32,000 bases of DNA from positions 930,001-962,000 of the forward strand of contig NZ_CP142525.1 of assembly GCF_051097895.1 (NCBI RefSeq), read 5' to 3'. Positions 25,684 through 32,000 of the stretch are shown here, piece by piece. Numbering within the stretch: position 1 is the first letter of the stretch; each line of letters starts with the position of its first letter. The translations under genes and the position numbers were made by a program. The notes beneath the pieces are model-generated. The model ran no database searches and was not told the origin of the DNA. It was given only the letters and a program-made list of their open reading frames with translations. This DNA is from Psychrobacter sp. HD31 (GTDB taxonomy: Bacteria > Pseudomonadota > Gammaproteobacteria > Pseudomonadales > Moraxellaceae).

Positions 25684-26139
25684 ATGGTTTGGCTTATTGA
25701 ATCCATTATTTTATCCTGCATCATTACCCTAGGTTGGACGCTGATGTTCACCGTGCCTCGCCGTTATATTTTGCCTTGTTTATTGATGACAGCATTTGGG
25801 TTTGGTTTAAAAACCATACTAGTAGAAATCAATGTGCATTTAATTTTTGCCACCTTTTTTGGGGCGATGACAGCCAGTTTTTTGGGTGTTTATTATTCTA
25901 AAAAATTTACCCTACCACCCAAGGCACTTATTGCACCAAGTGTGATTTGTTTGATGCCAGGTATTGTTGCCTATAAAGCAATGGTGAGTATGGTACAAAT
26001 TGGCTATTTTGGTTTTTCTATGGATTTATTTTCTCAAATGATGACTTACTTTTTTGAGGCAATTTTTGTGACTTCAAGCCTAGTACTGGGCTTATCTATC
26101 CCCGGTATTTTGTTTTATCGCCGCCGTCCAATTGTTTAA
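25684..26139 (+). CDS. Threonine/serine exporter family protein, ThrE C-terminal-type subunit (DUF3815)
   Basis: 151 aa counted from the ATG at 25684, 1 nt after the upstream stop. It has 4-5 TM helices. The listed start at 25570 would overlap the upstream gene by 113 nt and is rejected. Confidence 0.72.
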   Translation: MVWLIESIILSCIITLGWTLMFTVPRRYILPCLLMTAFGFGLKTILVEINVHLIFATFFGAMTASFLGVYYSKKFTLPPKALIAPSVICLMPGIVAYKAMVSMVQIGYFGFSMDLFSQMMTYFFEAIFVTSSLVLGLSIPGILFYRRRPIV

Positions 26140-26312
26140 TTTACTCATTTTTTGTTAACTAACTAAAATTGTTATCAGGGCGCACTAAATACATTTTAGC
26201 AGCGCACTTTTAAATGCGGCAACACCACTTTAAAGTAATCAATGCTATAATATTCCCCCTATCAATCTAACTAAAATCGTCCGTTCCCTTTTTAGCAACT
26301 TTAGCAACAATC

Positions 26313-27152
26313 ATGCCAAGCACACAAACCAACAACACACAACGCTTACAAAAACTGCCCATTCTTTTTGATGAGTTGGGCTTGTCTGCGTTGTCTGATG
26401 ATGAACTGCATAAAATTGCCCAAATAGACAGCCATCTCCCACAAACCCAATGTGGACTGTGTGACCATGCCGAAGGTTGTTTGCCCTATGCGCATGCGAT
26501 TGTGGTTAAAGGAGAGGCGCACAACAAATGTGTGCCAGGGGGACAAGCAATTACTGATATTTTGGGCAACCTGCTTGGCAGAGAAAAACTAATCGCTAAG
26601 CCCTCAAAATGGCCAATCAATGAGCACACCGCCCGCCCTAACGAAGTAAGAGCCGTAATTATAGAAGACGACTGCATTGGTTGTACCAAGTGTATTCCTG
26701 CTTGTCCTGTCGATGCCATCATCGGCACAGGCAAACACATGCACACTATTTTTACTGACCTTTGTACTGGGTGCGAGCTGTGCCTTGCACCTTGCCCTGT
26801 TGATTGTATTGAACTCGTGCCAATTGAACACACACCAAGCCCTATCGAACGTGAGCAAGAACAAAACCACTTACGCAAGCGTTATCATACACATTTGAAT
26901 CGAGTTGCCAAACAAATGCAAGACAGCACAAACACAAAGCCAGTCGTTAGCATGGTAGAAAGCAAACTTGCCAGCACCGCTAATGCCAGCCTAGATATTA
27001 ATGAAACTCAAGCAAAAAAAGCCATTGCGGCTGCCAAACTACGCACCAAAATTAAAAAGTTAGAAAAACAACTGGCTGTAAGAGCTAACGCAAAAAAACA
27101 AGCCGAAATAGAAGCGTTAAAAGCAGAATTGAACAGTTTTGACGCGTTATAG
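26313..27152 (+). CDS. Soluble RnfB/RsxB-like iron-sulfur ferredoxin with a Lys/Ala-rich C-terminal tail
   Basis: 279 aa. The RnfB-type Fe-S domain is CGLCDHAEGCLPYAHAI...KCVPGG. Two CxxCxxCxxxCP motifs follow (CIGCTKCIPACP, CTGCELCLAPCP). There is no N-terminal TM anchor. The last ~100 aa are low-complexity and coiled-coil-like (KKAIAAAKLRTKIKKLEKQLAVRANAKKQAEIEALKAEL). No SD is obvious, so the start is uncertain. Confidence 0.78.
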   Translation: MPSTQTNNTQRLQKLPILFDELGLSALSDDELHKIAQIDSHLPQTQCGLCDHAEGCLPYAHAIVVKGEAHNKCVPGGQAITDILGNLLGREKLIAKPSKWPINEHTARPNEVRAVIIEDDCIGCTKCIPACPVDAIIGTGKHMHTIFTDLCTGCELCLAPCPVDCIELVPIEHTPSPIEREQEQNHLRKRYHTHLNRVAKQMQDSTNTKPVVSMVESKLASTANASLDINETQAKKAIAAAKLRTKIKKLEKQLAVRANAKKQAEIEALKAELNSFDAL

Positions 27153-27313
27153 AATTATCAAGTACAAATAACCCCATTCATAAAATAACAGCCTTCTCCT
27201 TTATAACCTGTTAGCAACTTCTTTTAGTAGCTGCTATTTACAGCCAGTTTTTTACCTATAACTACGCTTATATCCATAACAATAACAATGTTTTTGTTGA
27301 GTTTTATTTTTAG

Positions 27314-27343
27314 ATGATTATAATAATAATGATTATAGTTATT
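27314..27343. promoter_or_regulatory. Tandem Fur-family-like boxes upstream of the metal transporter gene
   Basis: 27325..27343 AATAATGATTATAGTTATT matches the reverse complement of the Fur consensus (GATAATGATTATCATTATC) at 15 of 19 positions. ATGATTATA occurs twice (27314..27322 and 27329..27337) with a 15-bp period. The box ends 65 bp before the ATG. Confidence 0.4.
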
Positions 27344-27407
27344 ATTTACACTAATAACTTTGCTTATATTAGCCAGCATCACTCATTAAATTTTAGAAAA
27401 TAAAAAC

Positions 27408-28676
27408 ATGTATAAAACCACTGCCGTAAAAACTGACACTGTAAAATTTGCAAATATCAGCATACCAAAGAAACATCTTCGGGTTGCGATACCTATGTTG
27501 TTAGTTTTTTTATATGTTTTTGCACCCTCATTTCGCGCAAGCTTTCTTGCAACGGTTGCCGATGCTTATATTAATGTAGGCGTATTTGTGGCGTTAACCC
27601 TTTTTATTTATTACACTGCCGAAAAGGTTTTTGGTTTTGACATTAGCAAGCTCAAAGCCAAGCCTGCTTGGCAACAAATTAGCATTGCCTCAATTTTGGG
27701 GGCATTACCTGGGTGTGGTGGTGCCATTATTGTTGTGTCACAATATGCTGCTGGGCATATTAGTTTTTCGGCTTTTGTGGCAGTGTTGGTTGCCACAATG
27801 GGAGATGCTGCTTTTTTAATATTAGCGAAATCACCGAAAATAGGCATGTTGGTGGTTTGTACTGGCTTAATTATGGGCATTATATCGGGCTTAATTGTTG
27901 ATAAAATACATGGCGCTGAATTTTTAAGGCAAAGCACAACTGGCGACGAAGCACAAATTGAAAATGAACAACGAGCAATATTGCCTATCCCCCATTATCA
28001 ATCGTTTTTATGGTTGCTCTTATTGGTTGTGGCAACCCCTTTTACGCTACTTTCTGCGTTTCAAGTTGAGGTATCACCAATCACTTTATTTGGTCATCAA
28101 GCAGAGTTACCTTTAATGATTGGTGCCGCAGCAGCCGTGCTATCAATATTAATGTGGTCATTATTACCACTTAAATTTTCTTATAAAAGCTTAGTGGCAG
28201 AAGACAGTGTCGCCAGCAAATCGGATAATATGCCTTTTAAAACAGGAAGCAATACAAATCAATGCAATACTAAGGCTTCATCGTTTACTCAAATGACAGC
28301 TAAAGTCGTCCATGACACGAATTTTATTATGGTTTGGGTCATCATTGCTTTTTTACTATTTGAGATTTTTATCCATTTTACAGGGGTTTCTTTAGAAGGC
28401 TTATTTACTGGTAGTAACGCTGGCTTTTTATGGCTAGCACCATTACTTGGTGTCTTAATTGGTTTTTTGCCAGGTTGTGGTCCTCAAATTATTGTCGCAT
28501 CCCTATATTTACAGGGTGTTGTGCCAATATCAACTTTGTTAGGTAATGCGATTAGTAACGATGGTGATGCCTTGTTCCCCGCTCTGGCACTTGCGCCTAA
28601 GGCTGCTATTATCGCCACCGCTTATAGTGCCATACCTGCTTTGATTGTGGCTTATAGTGTTCAATACTTTTTCTGA
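27408..28676 (+). CDS. Polytopic membrane protein, ArsP_2-like putative (manganese/heavy-metal) transporter with an internal duplication
   Basis: 422 aa with about 10 TM helices. The motif pair is duplicated: LPGCGGAIIVVSQY...MGDAAF (residues 100-136) and LPGCGPQIIVASLY...DGDALF (residues 354-390). The PGCG to GDA spacing is 31 residues in both halves. The family name is from memory. The start is uncertain because there is no SD. Confidence 0.6.
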   Translation: MYKTTAVKTDTVKFANISIPKKHLRVAIPMLLVFLYVFAPSFRASFLATVADAYINVGVFVALTLFIYYTAEKVFGFDISKLKAKPAWQQISIASILGALPGCGGAIIVVSQYAAGHISFSAFVAVLVATMGDAAFLILAKSPKIGMLVVCTGLIMGIISGLIVDKIHGAEFLRQSTTGDEAQIENEQRAILPIPHYQSFLWLLLLVVATPFTLLSAFQVEVSPITLFGHQAELPLMIGAAAAVLSILMWSLLPLKFSYKSLVAEDSVASKSDNMPFKTGSNTNQCNTKASSFTQMTAKVVHDTNFIMVWVIIAFLLFEIFIHFTGVSLEGLFTGSNAGFLWLAPLLGVLIGFLPGCGPQIIVASLYLQGVVPISTLLGNAISNDGDALFPALALAPKAAIIATAYSAIPALIVAYSVQYFF

Positions 28677-28803
28677 TGATATGATTACTTACATGATTTA
28701 ATTAAAAATTAAAATAGCTTTAGGCAAGTTTCAGCTCGATTCAAATTTGTTTCATTAGTTGCTTGATAGTAAAATATGAGCAATCAAACTAACGAGCATT
28801 AAC

Positions 28804-29598
28804 ATGAGCCAGCCAATCGCCAGCAAAGTAGCTAAAAACAAAAGCGCTGCCATACAAGAGGCAAAGCAACTCAAGTCAGGTAAAAAAGCTAAAAAAACGA
28901 CAAAATCTAAAACCGTTAAGCATAAGACGGCAGATACCCCACCTTCACGCCGCTTGCCTAACCGCGATGTCTACACGTTTTTTCAAAAACTTGCCGACAC
29001 CATTGATGAGCCAGTTACCGAACTAGAATATACCAGCACGTTTGAACTATTAATTGCCGTTATTTTATCTGCCCAAGCAACCGATGTTAGTGTCAATATA
29101 GCCACACGCAAACTCTACCCTGTGGCAAACACCCCAGAAGCCATTTATGCCTTGGGAGAAGACGGTTTAAAAGAATACATCAAAACCATTGGCTTATTTA
29201 ACTCAAAAGCCAAAAACGTGATTAAAGCTTGTAAAGATTTGATAGAAAAACACAACAGTATCGTGCCCGATAATCGCAAAGACCTAGAAGCCCTAGCAGG
29301 CGTTGGGCGAAAAACTGCCAATGTGGTATTAAATACAGCATTTGGACAACCAACCATGGCGGTAGACACCCATATTTATCGTGTCAGCAACCGCACTGGG
29401 TTAGCAACTGGCAAAACTGTACTGGCTGTCGAGCAAAAACTGCTAGAACGTGTGCCAAAAGATTTTATTGTTGATGCCCACCATTATTTAATTTTGCACG
29501 GTCGCTACACTTGCATGGCACGCACGCCAAAATGTGGCAAGTGCCCGGTTTATGGTGAGTGTATGTTTAAAGACAAAGCAAAGTTTGTAGAACTATAA
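28804..29598 (+). CDS. nth: Endonuclease III (DNA glycosylase/AP lyase) with a 50-aa lysine-rich N-terminal extension
   Basis: 264 aa. Motifs are FELLIAVILSAQATDVSVN, the HhH-GPD motif LAGVGRKTANVVL (catalytic Lys), VDTHIYRV (Asp), and the Fe-S loop CMARTPKCGKCPVYGEC. By my alignment, residue T72 corresponds to E. coli Nth T22. Confidence 0.93.
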   Translation: MSQPIASKVAKNKSAAIQEAKQLKSGKKAKKTTKSKTVKHKTADTPPSRRLPNRDVYTFFQKLADTIDEPVTELEYTSTFELLIAVILSAQATDVSVNIATRKLYPVANTPEAIYALGEDGLKEYIKTIGLFNSKAKNVIKACKDLIEKHNSIVPDNRKDLEALAGVGRKTANVVLNTAFGQPTMAVDTHIYRVSNRTGLATGKTVLAVEQKLLERVPKDFIVDAHHYLILHGRYTCMARTPKCGKCPVYGECMFKDKAKFVEL

Positions 29599-29850
29599 AC
29601 CAATAAAAAACATCAAAACAATATCAGGTTTGTTTTAACAGTCTGATAGTTTTTTAATATTGCTTATCAAAACAGTATCATATAGTATGTAATCACTTAA
29701 TCTATGGATGGAATTAGTGCGTACGCTTTTTTAGTTTTTAATTTTGTTCGCCAAAGCTCAAACACAAAAACTAATCCCACCTTTTTTAGCAAGCAATACA
29801 CAATCCAACCAACGACTATTGGCTATTTTTAATAAATAAGGACATTTATT

Positions 29851-31509
29851 ATGACAGACTTTCATACAGGGTTAGGCAAAAATCAAGCCAACCATACACC
29901 GCTTACCCCAATCGACTTTATTGAGCGTGCCGCCGCTGTTTATCCTAAAAAAACTGCCATTATTTATGATGATTTACAACATAATGATTATAGCCAGACC
30001 TGGGAAGAAACGTTTGAAAGATGTTGTAAATTATCAGATGGGCTGCGTAAGTTAGGCATTGAAAAAAACCACACCGTAGCCATTATGTCGCCCAATACAC
30101 CTGCAATGGTTGAAGCAGCATTTGGTGTGCCGATGTCTGGCGCTGTACTTTGCACCTTAAATACACGGTTAGACGCAAATGCGTTAACATTTTGTTTACA
30201 GCATAGTGAAGCAAAAATATTAATCTTAGACAGTGAATTTGCACATTTGGCTGAAATACTTGATGAAACCTTCCCAGACTTAATTATTATCCATTCAACA
30301 GACAAAGCCCTACCTAATGTTGAACAATTTGGCAAAATGACTTACGAGGCGCTTATTGCAAGCTCTGATGACCTAACCAATTGGGAAAAGCCAGAAGAGG
30401 AATGGGATGCCATTTCATTAAACTATACCTCTGGCACAACGGGTGTACCAAAAGGGGTTGTCTACCATCACCGTGGGGCGACACTCAATGCCATTTCTAA
30501 TATCTTAGACTGGGACATGCCTAAGTTTGCAACTTATTTATGGACGTTGCCGCTTTTTCATTGTAACGGTTGGTGCTTTCCTTGGTCAGTTGCAGAAAGA
30601 GCCGCAACCAATGTTTGCCTGCGTCAAATTGATGCTAATCTAATTTTAAAATTAATTGCCAAACACTCAGTTACCCATTATTGCTCCGCCCCCGTTGTGC
30701 ATACCATGATTGCCAGTGGCTCAGAAGAACTAAAAGCAGAAATTAACCATAAGGTTAAAGGTTGGGTGGCAGGTGCGCCACCCTCAGAAAGCATGCTAGA
30801 AAAAATGGAAGCCATGGGCTTTGATATTACACACGTTTATGGGCTAACAGAGGTTTATGGTCCTGTTACTGTTTGTGCTGAGCATGATGAATGGAATGCA
30901 CTAACCGTTCAAGAACGCGCAATTAAAAAGTCTCGTCAGGGTGTTGTTTCTCATTTAATGGCAGGTTTTGAGGTGTTTAAACAAGGGACAAACATACCTG
31001 TAGAAGCAAATGGTGAAGAGATGGGTGAGCTAGCTTTGCGTGGAAACATGGTGATGAAAGGCTACCTAAAAAGCCGCAAAGCCACAGATAAAGCCTTTGA
31101 AGGCGGTTGGTTCCGTTCTGGTGATTTGGGTGTTAAATATCCCGATGGCTATATCAAAATCATGGATAGGCTAAAAGATATTATTATCTCTGGTGGCGAA
31201 AACATCTCTAGTATTGAGGTAGAAAATATCTTATATAAACTTGATGAAGTTGTGAGTTGTGCCGTTGTTGCCGCCCCTCATGAAAAATGGGGAGAAGTAC
31301 CAGTCGCTTTTGTAGAAATTGCCGAAGGTCATACCCTATCACGTGAAGAAGTAATAGAACATTGCCGCCAACACTTGGCTGGCTTCCAAGTACCTAAACA
31401 CGTTATCTTTACCGAAACACCTAAAACCAGTACCGGTAAAGTACAAAAGTTTGAGTTACGTCAGGCGGCTAAATCATTAGCGCACGAAGAACCAAAAGTA
31501 ACACATTAA
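29851..31509 (+). CDS. AMP-dependent acyl-CoA synthetase (short/medium-chain, AAE/ACN1-like subgroup)
   Basis: 552 aa. Motifs are the AMP-binding YTSGTTGVPKGV, YGLTE, SGDLG..DGY..I.DR.KD.I.SGGENI, and the C-terminal TSTGKVQKFELR. SD AAGGA. Confidence 0.88.
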   Translation: MTDFHTGLGKNQANHTPLTPIDFIERAAAVYPKKTAIIYDDLQHNDYSQTWEETFERCCKLSDGLRKLGIEKNHTVAIMSPNTPAMVEAAFGVPMSGAVLCTLNTRLDANALTFCLQHSEAKILILDSEFAHLAEILDETFPDLIIIHSTDKALPNVEQFGKMTYEALIASSDDLTNWEKPEEEWDAISLNYTSGTTGVPKGVVYHHRGATLNAISNILDWDMPKFATYLWTLPLFHCNGWCFPWSVAERAATNVCLRQIDANLILKLIAKHSVTHYCSAPVVHTMIASGSEELKAEINHKVKGWVAGAPPSESMLEKMEAMGFDITHVYGLTEVYGPVTVCAEHDEWNALTVQERAIKKSRQGVVSHLMAGFEVFKQGTNIPVEANGEEMGELALRGNMVMKGYLKSRKATDKAFEGGWFRSGDLGVKYPDGYIKIMDRLKDIIISGGENISSIEVENILYKLDEVVSCAVVAAPHEKWGEVPVAFVEIAEGHTLSREEVIEHCRQHLAGFQVPKHVIFTETPKTSTGKVQKFELRQAAKSLAHEEPKVTH

Positions 31510-31534
31510 CTTGGCTCATTGATTTAGCATATTA

Positions 31535-31627
31535 ATTGAGTGCATTGATATTATTAGCGATGCGCTCAATAACAACATTTTTAGTTAAATGCACACGGCT
31601 TTTAAAGTCCTGCTTCAAAAGCCTTTT
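31535..31627 (+). terminator. Two hairpins downstream of the acyl-CoA synthetase gene, the second with a U-tract
   Basis: 31535..31570 is ATTGAGTGCAT-14 nt-ATGCGCTCAAT, 11 bp including one G-U pair. 31597..31623 is GGCTTTT-13 nt-AAAAGCC followed by TTTTA. Confidence 0.5.
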
Positions 31628-31670
31628 ACCACCTACAGCCTTTACCATCCATGTATCTAAAGTAATTCAG

Positions 31671-32000
31671 CTATTCCTTGTGCTTATTCATCAATTGGTT
31701 AACAATCAATATGGCTAATGATTGTACAACCACCAATGCAATTACAACCGCCTGCCATCGTCCTAACTGATATATCAAGCCACATACCCATGCACCCATA
31801 CTGCCACCAATATAATAGCTCATATAATATAACCCAGATGCTAATGATCGCCCTTTATTCACATTCATTGCAATATAGCTAATCGTTGCAGATTGACTAA
31901 TAAATATCCCACTAGACATGATGGCCAAACCCACCACAATTGCCCATAAAGGCTGAAACAAAGTCACAACAATGCCGCCTAACGCCACAGCAATGGCAAT
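31671..32000 (-). CDS. MFS-type transporter, C-terminal part only (5' end lies beyond the window)
   Basis: The reading frame is open to base 32000 (..IAIAVALGGIVV..), so the listed start at 31988 is an internal GTG. About three hydrophobic helices are present, with a YYIGGSMGAW-type MFS C-terminal pattern. Confidence 0.6.
   Translation of the reverse strand: MAIAVALGGIVVTLFQPLWAIVVGLAIMSSGIFISQSATISYIAMNVNKGRSLASGLYYMSYYIGGSMGAWVCGLIYQLGRWQAVVIALVVVQSLAILIVNQLMNKHKE

Noticed and set aside
24858-26139. A possible frameshifted or pseudogenised ThrE gene, since the protein appears split into two ORFs.
   Set aside because: The two-gene organisation, with one DUF1212-type and one DUF3815-type subunit, is a common intact arrangement. 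The second ORF has its own ATG 1 nt after the first stop.
26180-26208. Repeated GCGCACT downstream of the ThrE genes, which looked like a terminator stem.
   Set aside because: The two copies are direct repeats, not inverted, so no hairpin can form.
26486-26878. 130-aa and 88-aa antisense ORFs, and a 73-aa same-strand alternate-frame ORF (26677..26898), overlapping the RnfB-like gene.
   Set aside because: They mirror the Cys-codon-rich region of the real gene and have no independent signals.
29735-29752. GCGTACGC followed by a T-run upstream of the acyl-CoA synthetase gene, considered as a small terminator.
   Set aside because: The 8-bp palindrome leaves no loop, so at most 3 bp could pair. 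This is not a credible hairpin.
1-32000. A scan of the whole window for CRISPR arrays, tRNA or rRNA genes, IS or transposase genes, integrases, phage genes, toxin-antitoxin pairs and known defence systems.
   Set aside because: I found no spaced direct-repeat array, no GC-rich cloverleaf-like segment and no ORF with the relevant motifs. Every ORF longer than 100 aa outside known genes is an antisense or alternate-frame shadow.

Overview
The window looks like ordinary chromosome from an AT-rich gammaproteobacterium. The RNase HI-DnaQ fusion and the gene content suggest Moraxellaceae (Acinetobacter, Psychrobacter or Moraxella-like), but this cannot be confirmed without a database search. I support 28 protein-coding genes. 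I found no rRNA or tRNA genes, CRISPR arrays, transposases, integrases, phage genes or recognisable defence genes.

Gene order:
- A 5'-truncated SIMPL/DUF541 gene and a small membrane ORF.
- glnA, with a textbook sigma54 promoter and an NtrC-type site.
- pabA/trpG, then smrB.
- A nitrogen and amine catabolic block of about 16.5 kb: puuR-puuD divergent from puuA-puuB, an NhaC-family transporter, a Sad/YneI-type aldehyde dehydrogenase, then convergently gabD-gabT and an APC permease, two tandem IclR regulators, and gcdH with a family III CoA-transferase.
- A Tat-signal S66 LD-carboxypeptidase, then a DUF1232 protein.
- An rnhA-dnaQ fusion with a long acidic linker.
- A two-gene ThrE-type exporter.
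- An orphan soluble RnfB-like ferredoxin, an ArsP_2-like metal transporter preceded by Fur-like boxes, then nth with a lysine-rich N-terminal extension.
- An acyl-CoA synthetase and a truncated MFS gene.

I did not find a clear-cut novel multi-gene system. The best second-look candidates are:
- the non-canonical Puu-type cluster, which has an NhaC-family transporter, lacks a PuuC-type dehydrogenase, and is linked to glutaryl-CoA catabolism;
- the RnfB-like / metal transporter / Nth neighbourhood;
- the periplasmic LD-carboxypeptidase;
- several long perfect palindromes in the regulatory regions.

All family assignments come from motif recognition by eye and need HMM or BLAST confirmation.
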